DNA from: Prasinococcaceae sp. CCMP 1430
Taxonomy: Eukaryota > Plantae > Prasinodermophyta
Reading direction: 5' to 3'
NCBI GenBank assembly: GCA_013416795.1
Contig: RQSC01000381.1
Location: forward strand, 46,590 to 77,578
DNA length: 30,989 nucleotides
The notes under the pieces are model-generated. The model worked only from the letters and a program-made list of their open reading frames with translations. It had not been told where the DNA came from and ran no database searches. Position 1 is the first letter of the stretch; every line of letters begins with the position of its first letter. The position numbers were made by a program, and so were the translations under genes. Of this stretch, positions 1 to 9,564 are shown one piece after another.

Positions 1-134
1 CGAGCGCGCCGGCGCAGTAGAGGCGACGGCGCACGTGGCGCATGGCGTGCGGACCGCGGCGGCCGAGGCCGCCGCGGCGACGGGCTTGAGCGCCGGCTGC
101 GGGGCGCGGTGTGGCGCAGCAGCAGCGGCGGCAT
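1..134 (-). CDS. Possible 5' end of a gene running off the window (R/S/P-rich, transit-peptide-like N-terminus)
   Basis: ATG at 134-132 opens MPPLLLRHTAPRSRRSSPSPRRPRPPRS..., open to the window edge. No domain is visible. Confidence 0.3.
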   Translation of the reverse strand, partial: MPPLLLRHTAPRSRRSSPSPRRPRPPRSARHAPRAPSPLLRRRA

Positions 135-532
135 GCCAGTCACGAGGGGGGGGCGCTGGCACGACCGTTTTTTTCTTCATTTTTGTGCGGTCAGTTTTTC
201 AACGTGTTGAGTGTCACACACACACGTGTGTGCCGCCACGCGCATCGGAGCGCTCGCGTTGCGCAACCTCTCAGCGATACGGCACGCGCGGAGGAAGGTG
301 GGAGCGAGCGCGAGCGAAGGTGTGCGTGTGTGTGTACAGTAGAAGAAGGTGCCGAACTCGTCCAGCGTGAAAGTGCGAGACAACTTATGAAGACGGGAAG
401 GCGTTTTCGGCTCCTAGCTAGAGAGCGCACCGTGTTGGCCACGGTGTAGATGAGCACCGACGTGACTGTGCATGGGTGACGCGAGCTAAGCTATGTGTAG
501 AGCATATGATGGAGTCGCGCGTTTGTGTTCTA

Positions 533-690
533 GTCTCTGACTGGCTGGTGCGTGCCCCGCAGTAGCAGCTATGGCGGTGCCGCCGTACCTCGCCATCCAG
601 CGGTCGCGCGTGCGTTGCCCTGTCTCTGACTGACTGGTCCGTGTCCCGTAGTAGCAGCTATGGCGGTGCCGGCGTCCCTGGCCACCCACT
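533..690. repeat. Imperfect tandem duplication, 89-bp period
   Basis: gtctctgactggctggtgcgtgccccgcagtagcagctatggcggtgccg (from 533) versus gtctctgactgactggtccgtgtcccgtagtagcagctatggcggtgccg (from 622). Confidence 0.85.
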
Positions 691-1040
691 GGCCTTCAGT
701 GTCATGAGCTTCTTGAGGTACGAGTTCGTGCCATCTGTCGACATTGTGTGATCAGCTCTCTTGTCGGCGTTGAAGACCCCCCAAGGGAGCCGGCCAGGGT
801 CGAGCTCGACACACCTCCGGTTGGCGGTGTAGACGGTAGCGTTGGCCTCCTCCGAGCCGTCGAACTTCACGAAAGGCCCTACATGCCGGTAAGTTGGACA
901 CTTGAGTAGCCAGAGCAGCCTGAACGAGCGCGAGCGCGAGCGCGCCGGCCGCGCGCCCGCCCTGCTGCCTGGCGCGCTGCCGTCTGGCGTCGGGTAGAGG
1001 GGTTTAAAAGGCTGGCCCATGGAGCCGCGAGCGGGACTGC

Positions 1041-1063
1041 GTGTGCGCGCGCGTGTGTGTGTG

Positions 1064-1100
<37 letters not shown>

Positions 1101-1110
1101 GTGTGTGTGC

Positions 1111-1154
<44 letters not shown>

Positions 1155-1200
1155 GTGTGCGTGCGTGTGTGTGTGCGCGTGTGTGTGTGCGTGCGTGCAC
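1041..1200. repeat. (GT)n/(GC)n compound microsatellite
   Basis: Directly visible alternating purine-pyrimidine tract. Confidence 0.95.
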
Positions 1201-1277
1201 ACGCGCGCGTGCGTGCACGCACACACGCGCTAAGCGCCCCGCTCAGCCAAGCGCGCTCGCACGCGCTCGTGCGCCGC

Positions 1278-2276
1278 TCAGAGCTCGTCGCCGCCGCCGC
1301 GCGCGCCGTCCGCGCCCTCCGGCACCGCCTGCCCCGTCGCGCCCGCGACCTCGGCCTCGGCCTCGGCCTCGGCGGCCCCCTCTCCCTCTGCCGCGGCCTT
1401 CTCCGCCTCGAGCCTCGCCCTCTCCGCCTCGAGCTCCGCGACCCTCTTGGCGACGTCCACGCGCTTCTGCGTGCGGTCGGCCTCGGCGGCGAACCAGCAG
1501 TACGGGTCGCACTTGCCGAGGTCCGCGCAGGCGCCGCCGCTCGCCGCGCTCGCGAACGCGTCGCGGCGCTCGGGCGACGCGCGGTAGGCGCGCTCGTAGC
1601 ACGGGTAGACGTACGCGTCGTGGCTGGCGACGTAGCCCACGTAGTTCGCCACGACGGGCACCACGCCGTTGGTGAGCACCCTCGACCACGCGGGCCCCTC
1701 GGCGAACTCGATGCCCGCCGCGCGGAAGAGCTGCAGCATGGCGACGGGGTCGGCGGCGTAGCCGTCGCGCATGAGCCCCGCGAGGTTCTCGAAGAAGGCC
1801 TCGCCCATGGGGTTGGGCGGCTCGATGCGCACCCTGATGCGCAGCTCCTCGGTCTCGCTGGGGTTCCAGAAGTGGTGCGCGGCGCCCGGCGGCACCACCA
1901 CCGTGTCGCCCGCGCGCGCCGCGCGCGCCTCGCCCTCGAGCTCGTACGCGAACTCGCCGGCGAGCACCTCGAAGGTCTCCACTTCCTTCGGGTGGACGTG
2001 CCGCGGCGGCGACCCGGGGCGGCCCGCGGCGAAGCCCGGCGCGCCCGCGGGGACGTACTCCTCGAACTCGTAGTACGCGCCGCCCGCCTCGGCGGACGTC
2101 GTCGTGAGGTTGATGCGCGCGGCGCCGCCCCGCTCCGCAACGAGGTGCCGCCACGCGAGCGCGTCGCCCGGCGAGCGACGCAGGCCCGCCTGCCAGCGGC
2201 GCGAGGCGTACGCGGCGATCGCCACGACGCCAGCCAGGCGCAGGGAGTGCCGCAGCGGAAGGCCCGGGCGGCGCAT
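1278..2276 (-). CDS. Cupin-domain protein, intronless, 332 aa, with hydrophobic N-terminus and C-terminal GDEL
   Basis: ATG at 2276. Cupin motif 1 PPRHVHPKEVETFEVLAGE and motif 2 GDTVVVPPGAAHHFWN. Strong GC3 bias. Coiled-coil-like tail. Confidence 0.85.
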   Translation of the reverse strand: MRRPGLPLRHSLRLAGVVAIAAYASRRWQAGLRRSPGDALAWRHLVAERGGAARINLTTTSAEAGGAYYEFEEYVPAGAPGFAAGRPGSPPRHVHPKEVETFEVLAGEFAYELEGEARAARAGDTVVVPPGAAHHFWNPSETEELRIRVRIEPPNPMGEAFFENLAGLMRDGYAADPVAMLQLFRAAGIEFAEGPAWSRVLTNGVVPVVANYVGYVASHDAYVYPCYERAYRASPERRDAFASAASGGACADLGKCDPYCWFAAEADRTQKRVDVAKRVAELEAERARLEAEKAAAEGEGAAEAEAEAEVAGATGQAVPEGADGARGGGDEL

Positions 2277-2372
2277 CGCGCGAGAAGGGGTGTGGGGGGA
2301 GGGGTAAGGGGGAGGGGGAGGGGAGCAGGAGGGCAGCAGGAGGAGGCCTCTGCCGCTGTACGAGCGCGCACT

Positions 2373-2572
2373 GACACGCACGCACACGCACACGCACACG
2401 CACACACACAGGCACACACACACGCACACACGCACACACACACACGCACACACGCACGCACACACGCACGCACACACACACACACACACACGCTCACACA
2501 CGCTCACACACACACACACGCACGCACGCACACGCGCTCACACACGCTCACACACACACACGCTCTCTCACA
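2373..2572. repeat. (CA)n compound microsatellite
   Basis: Directly visible. Confidence 0.95.
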
Positions 2573-2673
2573 CCCCGCGCGCCCCCCCCGCGCGTTTGCG
2601 TCGCCGCGCCGCGCGGCGGCGAATTGCTCATCGGCGCAAATCTTATCGCGAAATAAATATCTGCGCGCGCGCG

Positions 2674-2762
2674 TGCGTTTTGACGTACGCGAATGCGTTT
2701 TGACGTAAGACCACGCACGCTTGCGTTTTGACGTGCATCCAAGCGTGCATGCGTTTTGACGT
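2674..2762. promoter_or_regulatory. Four exact copies of TGCGTTTTGACGT (TGACG/bZIP-type core) upstream of the cupin gene
   Basis: Copies start at 2674, 2694, 2722 and 2750, about 400-490 bp upstream of the cupin ATG. The repeat is certain; a regulatory role is inferred. Confidence 0.55.
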
Positions 2763-3126
2763 AAGCCCGCGCGCGCGTGCAGTTAAGGTTTGAAAGTGCA
2801 GTACGCGCACTTGTGGATCTCATCAAATGCATTGTGACTTCGAGTGCTGTGATGAAACGGTATTTGAGGTTTGAGTATGAGAGGGTTTGTACCATCATGA
2901 TGGTGTGTTCGACCGCGGGGTGCGTGCGCACCGGTGCGCGCACGTGCCGGTGCTCGCAGGCGGGGGGGGGGGAAGCGCGCTCGCCGTGGGCGCGTCCTTC
3001 CCGCGCGTGCCGGCCACCTCTGCGCTGGCGCCCTCAGCGGCCCGCTCCCCGCGTGGCAGCGCCGTCGGCGGCAGCGGGGCGCGCGGCGCCGCGATCCGCT
3101 CCTGAGGCTCTCTTGCGTGCTGCGTC

Positions 3127-4908
3127 CTATCTCTTCGCGCGCGAGCGAGGGGGCGCTGCTGCGCACTCCGCCTGGTGCGCGGCGATCCGCTTGCGCTGGT
3201 TGGCCTTGTAGGTCTTTGGGCAGCGCGGGCACTCCCACTGGCCATCACCTGAAGCCTTGGCGATAAAGTCGCGCCCGCCGGCCGCGAGGTCCGCTGCGGT
3301 GGGCCCGCCCGCGGGCAGCAGCAGCGTCACCGCGTTAGAATCTGGGACGCACCGGTCGCCCCTCCGGCAGAACGTGTCCACGAAGTCGTTGTGTTCGCGT
3401 ATTGCCATGTAAAAATGGCCCAGCGCCGTGAGCCCGTCGGTATCTGTCGCTTCCTTGTCGGCGCCGAGGCGGATGAGCTCGGCCACCGCACGGGTATCAT
3501 AGCGGCCGAATCGGTCAGTCTGCGCCATACGGTTCGCGGCCAACATGAGCGGAGTCCAGCCGTACTCGTCCGCAGCATTGACGTCGGCACCGTAATTGCA
3601 GAGCCACGAGAAGAAGGCGAACTGGTTGTGCATCGCGCACATATGTAGCGCGCACGCGCGCTTCGGACACGCGCCTTGCACAGCCAGGAGATCCTCCGCA
3701 CGATCGCGCATTTCAAGGTTACCCAAATTGGAGTAGAGCCACTCGTCGTCGTTAGCGCCAGCTGGCAGGCGGTCCATTTGTTGGAAGCAAGTCCTGAGCT
3801 CATAGGCGAGTTTCCTCTGCTGGCGTGACGGCTTTGGACCCTTGCCCTTCGCCGGCGTCTTAGCGGGCGCCCGCGCCGCCGCCAGCGGACACGCGAGCGC
3901 CTGAGCGTGCGTCATCGGCGGGCCCGCTGCGAGCATCGCCCTGGTCGCGCAGAGCAACCACCCTGGTCCCTCTCTAGCCATCACAGGCGCCGCCTCGCGG
4001 AAGCCGGTGCGCAGGAACTGCCTCGCGTCGCGCGCACGCCGCTCGTCGGCGCGTTGCTGCTCCTTAGCGCGCTCCTCCTCCTCGTCCGAGTCGGTCTCGT
4101 ACTCGGGGTTCTGCGACGCCCAGAAGTGTTCGATACGCATCACATGCAATCTGTTGCGCTCAGCCTGCGTGAGCTCGGCTTCCGAGTCGCAGATATAGGC
4201 CGCCACGTCCCAGCGCCCCTTGAGGCGCGCGTGCGACAGCAGCGCGCGCACCGCCGCCGCGCCTACGTCGGTTGCGCCGCCAGCGCGCTGGGCGGCGTCC
4301 AGCTTGAGAGTGGCAATGTACAGGAGGCCGCCCTTGCCCTTCGGCACACTCGCGAGCGCCGGGTCGCTTCGCAGCACGCGATGCCGCGGTGTACCGTCGC
4401 TCTTGAAGAGGGTCTTGGCTACAGCGTACAAATCCCCGCTCTTGAAGTCGCACAGCTCGAAGAAGCAGGCGGATGGCCGGTAGACCAGTGTCGCCGTAAG
4501 GCTCCCGACCTGCTTGCCGCCAAGGAGCACGCGCGCCCTCATCACGCGGCCGCCTCCGTCATAGTTCGGGGGGGGGGCGCCACCCAACCACGGGTTGAGA
4601 TCGTGGCCTGGAACGTCCCACCCACGGCATGGAGCGCTCTCGTCCGCTGAGCTGTCGTCGGAGTCGTCACCGGACCGCCACGCGCGCTCGAACTCGATGG
4701 ACACCGCGGGTGCCGCGCTACCCCCGGCGCTGGTGCTGGCGCCAGCGCCGGCGACGGGTGGCATGGAACGCGCCGGCACATCCGACACCAGCTCCCAGCT
4801 CATCGCCCTCGCATCGCCGGCGCCCGGTGCCTTGCAAGGCGCCGCGGCGGTCGGCGAGCCCTCCGAGAGGGCGCTCGGGGCGCCAGCCGCGGACGAATCG
4901 CCGCCCAT
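3127..4908 (-). CDS. Ankyrin-repeat protein, 593 aa, intronless, with a GNAT-like central region and C-terminal C2HC zinc-finger-like motif
   Basis: First ATG at 4908. Ankyrin motifs YGADVNAADEYGWTPLMLAA and LGADKEATDTDGLTALG. CPRCPKTY..H...C near the C-terminus. Confidence 0.8.
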   Translation of the reverse strand: MGGDSSAAGAPSALSEGSPTAAAPCKAPGAGDARAMSWELVSDVPARSMPPVAGAGASTSAGGSAAPAVSIEFERAWRSGDDSDDSSADESAPCRGWDVPGHDLNPWLGGAPPPNYDGGGRVMRARVLLGGKQVGSLTATLVYRPSACFFELCDFKSGDLYAVAKTLFKSDGTPRHRVLRSDPALASVPKGKGGLLYIATLKLDAAQRAGGATDVGAAAVRALLSHARLKGRWDVAAYICDSEAELTQAERNRLHVMRIEHFWASQNPEYETDSDEEEERAKEQQRADERRARDARQFLRTGFREAAPVMAREGPGWLLCATRAMLAAGPPMTHAQALACPLAAARAPAKTPAKGKGPKPSRQQRKLAYELRTCFQQMDRLPAGANDDEWLYSNLGNLEMRDRAEDLLAVQGACPKRACALHMCAMHNQFAFFSWLCNYGADVNAADEYGWTPLMLAANRMAQTDRFGRYDTRAVAELIRLGADKEATDTDGLTALGHFYMAIREHNDFVDTFCRRGDRCVPDSNAVTLLLPAGGPTAADLAAGGRDFIAKASGDGQWECPRCPKTYKANQRKRIAAHQAECAAAPPRSRAKR

Positions 4909-5473
4909 CCCGCCCGCCAAAGTCGTGCTTAGAGGCGGGTGTCACGGCGGGAGCGCGTGCGAGCGCGCGCGCGCGGGTGGTGGGGGCGAGTCGCCAGGCG
5001 CAGGCGCACCGACGGAGGAGCCTGCGCCTCGGCGCGGAGCAGCAGAGCGCCCAGGCGGCGGCAGGGCTGCGGGCGGTGCGCCTGCCCCCTTTCCCGCTCT
5101 TCGCGTCGCCCGTCGCGCGTGGGGCGTGGACCCGTGCGCCCCACGCTGCCGATCGGCGTTTTTTTTTTTTTTTGCGCGCACGAAATGCGACAGCGGCGCT
5201 TTCACGCGCGCGGGCGGGCGGTGTGTGTGTGTGTGTGTGGGGGGGGCACAGCTGCCACCGCGCGCGCGCCTCGCGTATCACCACGCACGCCGCCGCGCGC
5301 CTCGCGCAGCGCATCCCACCGGCCGGCGCCCCTCGAACGTGCTGCACTGTTTGGTGGCGGCCCGCTGCCGTGCGCCCCTCGGGCGCGTGCGGGGTCCCAC
5401 GGCGGCCCTCGCCGGCCCAGTCGTGAGTCAGTCAACAGACGAGGGAGCGCTCGCTCGAGCGCAGGCGCTCGCC

Positions 5474-6358
5474 ATGCCCGCCTTCGACGCCGATGCCGGC
5501 GCCGGCGTAGACGCCGCGTCGGCGGAGAGCGCCCGCAAAGCGCTGCTGCTCGCCACGCAGGCGATGGGTGTTGATGCCGCCGCGGTTCGCGGGGCGTGCG
5601 AGGAGCGCGACGCCGCGCGGGCAGAGCTCGACTTAGCAATGGACAGGCTGCGCACCCACAGTGGCGGGGGCGAATTGCTCGTGCGTGCTGCGCGGAATGG
5701 CAAGGAGTACGCGCTCCGCCACGCGCTCTTGCGCGGCGCAAGCGTCCATTTCGTGGACACGAAGTCAGGCAGGGGCAAGACTGCTCTTCACATCGCTACT
5801 CAGGGAGGCTTCGCCGGCTGCGTCCGGTTGCTGCTCGAGGCGGGGGCCGACCCGGACAGGGAAGATCGCTACCGCCAAGTTGCTGCACATCACGCTGTCA
5901 AACGCGGCCACGATGACATACTTCGCGTGCTGCTCGAGGCGGGCGCCGACAAGGACAAGAAAGATATGTTGGGATACGCGCCTATGCATATTGCAGTTCT
6001 CCACGGCAAGCCCGGCTGCCTTCGAGTGCTGCTCGAAGCGGGCGCTGATATTGCGAGTGCCCATATGCATGGTTACGCCGCGTCGACTTATGCATCACAA
6101 AAGGGCCACTCCGACTGTCTTCAGATGCTCCTCGAAGCAGGGGCGAACAAAGACCACGCAGACAACTCCGGCCGCACCCTTGTGTGGATAGCTGCTAATG
6201 GCGGCCAGACCAGCTGTCTCCGCCTGCTGCTTGAGGCGGGCGCCGACGCGGCCAAGCCCGACGATTTCGGCCGCACGCCGCTCGCCGCCGCCGAAGAGTG
6301 TGGCCAACAAGAGACAGCGGCGCTGCTGCGTGAGCACTTCGCCAGTGGTGCGCCCTGA
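5474..6358 (+). CDS. Ankyrin-repeat protein, 294 aa, about 6-7 repeats
   Basis: ATG at 5474. Repeated units such as GKTALHIA..GFAGCVRLLLEAGAD, GCLRVLLEAGAD and GRTPLAAA. TGA at 6356-6358. Confidence 0.88.
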   Translation: MPAFDADAGAGVDAASAESARKALLLATQAMGVDAAAVRGACEERDAARAELDLAMDRLRTHSGGGELLVRAARNGKEYALRHALLRGASVHFVDTKSGRGKTALHIATQGGFAGCVRLLLEAGADPDREDRYRQVAAHHAVKRGHDDILRVLLEAGADKDKKDMLGYAPMHIAVLHGKPGCLRVLLEAGADIASAHMHGYAASTYASQKGHSDCLQMLLEAGANKDHADNSGRTLVWIAANGGQTSCLRLLLEAGADAAKPDDFGRTPLAAAEECGQQETAALLREHFASGAP

Positions 6359-6374
6359 AGGCGGCACCTCTCAC

Positions 6375-8908
6375 TCAGGCGGCGAGGAAGGGAGACTGAG
6401 GGCCGAACGCCATGCGCCGCGGGCGTGCCGGCGGGAATGGCGGATACCCGTTGACGCACACGAAGGCGTCGAAATTCTGCGCTGAGCACGTGCAGTTCGG
6501 CAGGTCGGGCAGCCTAGGAGAAGGAGCGCACCAGCCAACGCGTGTGGGCGTGTAAGCGTGTGTGCATGTGTGAGTGAGGGCGCTCGCGTGCGTGCGCAGG
6601 GGCGCGCGTGTACGCGCGCGTGATATGCGGCGCACCTCTCCTTGGAGTGCGGGTCGCAGCACAGCGCCAGCGCGGGGTCGCCGCCCTGCGCCATCTGGTT
6701 CTCGGGCGGTCGCTTGGCAAGCGTGGCCTCGTGCGCCGCGCGCGCCGCCTCGAAGGCCGCGCGCAGCGCCGCGTGCTCCGCGGAGGTCGCGTCGAGCGCA
6801 AAACGCTCCGATGGGTCCACCTCGAGGTCGAAGATGAGCGGCGGGTCGTGGAAAACGCCGTCGTCTTGCCAGCCGAGGTCGGCAAGATCCCATGGCGTGC
6901 GCTGCAAGTCCGATCCGTCGCTGGACGCCAGACCCCTGCCCACTACCCCCACGTCCGCGCCCATACCCCCCGCATCTCCCGTGTCCGCCGCCGTCGGATA
7001 GTACGGGCTGAATCCCGACGGCGAGATGGAGTTGGCGGTCACCCAGTGTATCTTGTGCCTCCCGCAGCGCATCGCCCACAGCCCCGGGCAGTTCGGGTGC
7101 TGCTCGGGGCACGCCGCGCCGGGAGTGCCTTTGTAGATGTACAGGCAGTCGTGGGGCGACCTCGCCACCGCGCCGGCGCTTAGGAGCAGCGCGCTAATGT
7201 CCCTGCCGTCGTACACGCGGTCCGCGGGGAGCTCCGCGCCGGCGAGCGCCATCGCGGTGGGGAAGATGTCGTAGGAGGCCGCCACCTCGTGCATATGCAC
7301 AAGGATCCCGGGCGCGTTCGTGCCGCGCCAGGTGTATGGGCGTCAGCGCGACGACTCTTCTGAAACTGAATCGGCCTAGTGCACACTCTCAAGTACATGC
7401 ACGTGCACACATGCACACACGACAAACACGCACATACGCACACGCACGCACGCACATAAACACACCTCGGCGATGACCGTCCCCGGCGCGATGGTGCCGC
7501 GCCAGTGCGCCACGCCTGGCACGCGTACGCCGCCCTCCCATGTCGTCTGCTTGCCCTCGCGCAGCAGGCCAGCGCTGCCACCGTCGAGGCCCTGCGTGAG
7601 CCACGGGCCGTTGTCGGAAGTGAACCACACCTGCGGGGCGCAGACGCGTGTGTGCGCGCGTGGGAGTCAGTGTGCCGTGCACGCAGGCGCGCTCGTTGGT
7701 GTGTGTGCTTGCACGTGTGCGCACGCGCGTATCCACACACCAGCGTGTCATCCATAGCGCCTGCACGCTCCAACGCGGCCATGACGCGCCCCACGGCGCC
7801 GTCCATCTCGGCGAGCGCGTCGCCGAAGGTGCCGCGGCGAGTGGCGCCGCAGTACGCCCTCGACGCGAAGTTGGGCGTGTGCACGTGCGAGAACGCCAGG
7901 TACAGGAAGAAGGGCGCCTCGCCGGCCGCGGCCTCCGCCACGAAGGTCTCGGCGAAGGCCGCTGAGAAAGGCGCCGTTCAGGGTCAGCGCCATGGAACCA
8001 CTTCACACACACGCTCACACGCTCACGCACACGCACACACAAGCGCACACACACACGCACGCACCGTATCGGTCCGTGAGGGCGTTGAGGTCGGCGGGCT
8101 GCTCGATCACCGTTCCGTTGGCGAGCAACGGTAGGGACGGGCCGCCGTACCCCGGCCGCCACGCCGACGCGCCCATGTCGACGGAGAAGGGCACGCCGAA
8201 GTAGCTGTCGAAGCCACGCTCGTGGGGCAGGCTGCCCGGCCGCTGGGTGACGCAGAGGAAGAGAGGTCTTAGGGTGAGTGGATTGCGTTGGGCTTCGCGT
8301 GCGCGCGCGCACACACACACACACATGTGCAGGTGCACACGCACGAACACACCTGTCCGAGGTGCCACTTCCCCGCCATCGCCGTCCGGTACCCCTCGTC
8401 CCGCAGCGCCTCCGCGAGCGTCACCTCGTCCCGCGGCAGCGCGCCCGCGGCGTCGGGGAGCAGCACGCCGCCGGTCCACCGGGCGCCCGCCATACCCGAG
8501 CGCACGGGCAGGCGCCCCGTGAGCAGCGCGGCGCGCGCGGGCGTGCACACGTGGAAGCCGCTGGGGAAGCGGGGCGCCTTTGCGGATGAGAGCTTGGCCT
8601 GGGGCTGCACGCACACACACGCACGCACACACACACATCCGTGTGTACACACACACGCACGCACACACACACCTGTAGAACTGCGTGAGTCGTGCGCCGC
8701 CCGCGGCGAGCGCGTCGATGTTCGGCGTGCGCAGCGTGGGGTGGCCCGCGTAGGCAGCGTCGCCGTAGCCCATGTCGTCCGCGAGCAGCACCACGAGGTT
8801 TGGGCGGCGCGCGTGTGGGAGGGCGGCGGTGCGCGTGTGCGTACACGCGAGCGCGAGCGCCAGCGCCAGCGCGGAGAGGGGCGGTAGGGCGGAAACCATG
8901 CCACGCAT
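6375..8908 (-). CDS. Arylsulfatase (formylglycine-dependent S1 sulfatase), secreted, 7 exons, about 598 aa
   Basis: Exons 8908-8673, 8560-8353, 8242-8065, 7961-7741, 7630-7466, 7285-6636 and 6513-6375 join in frame via GT-AG introns (1797 nt). Motifs [58 protein letters not shown]. Signal peptide present. Alternative ATG at 8899. Confidence 0.92.
6551..6555 (+). terminator. Putative TGTAA polyadenylation signal for the 5474-6358 ankyrin gene
   Basis: TGTAA about 190 nt after the stop codon. UGUAA is the established chlorophyte poly(A) signal. Confidence 0.4.
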
Positions 8909-9564
8909 TCGCGCGGCAGCACACACCCACACACACACAGGCGACGAGAACGACACACACACACACACGCACAGGCTCGCTAGCACTCAGATGCACACCT
9001 GTGCGTGCGTGCGTGTGCGCGTGTACGAGGCGGCCTCGCGCTCGCCGCGTGCGTGCGCACGAGCACGCGCGCTCGCTCTCTCGCTCACGCTCGCGCGCGT
9101 GTGCGTGCGCGTGCGTCCGTGCGCGTGGCCGCGGCGCGCGCTTGCGGCGCGCCCGGGTACGTGTGTGTGGCGCGTACAGGCACAACGCGCGCGCGCCGTG
9201 CCGCAACACCCTCCCGCCGGCTGCGGCCGGTTGCCACGTCAGCGCGGTCTGGGGGTCAACGCTGCTATATTCCGCGCTTTGTGAGGCGCGTGCAAAGTTG
9301 CGTGTGCGCGTGCGTGTGTGTGCGTGTGTGTGTGTGCACGTGTGCCGGGCACACACCACGCGCCACTCCGCGCGCGCGGCGCGGGGCGCGTGCGGCGTCG
9401 ATCGCGTCAACGCGCAGGCGCGGGGCCCTCGCGCACGCGCACGCGCACGCGCGCGCGCGCACATACGCGCGCAAGCGCGCATACCGACCGCACGCGTGCG
9501 CATACGCACACACACGCACACACACACAACCACACACGCACGCACGCACGCACGAGCGTGCGTG

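Noticed and set aside
879-2708. Long ORFs rich in CV/HT/RA dipeptides (e.g. 1004-2497, 1041-2708) and similar ones across the window
   Set aside because: These are translations of microsatellites or shadow frames of real GC-rich genes, where stops are rare.
2674-2762. CRISPR-like array (identical repeats with different spacers)
   Set aside because: Repeats are 13 bp and spacers 7-15 bp, far too short. There are no cas genes and the context is eukaryotic.
2850-2912. GTGATGA as box C of another snoRNA
   Set aside because: No canonical D box with terminal stem and no recognisable rRNA complementarity; kept only as a low-interest island.
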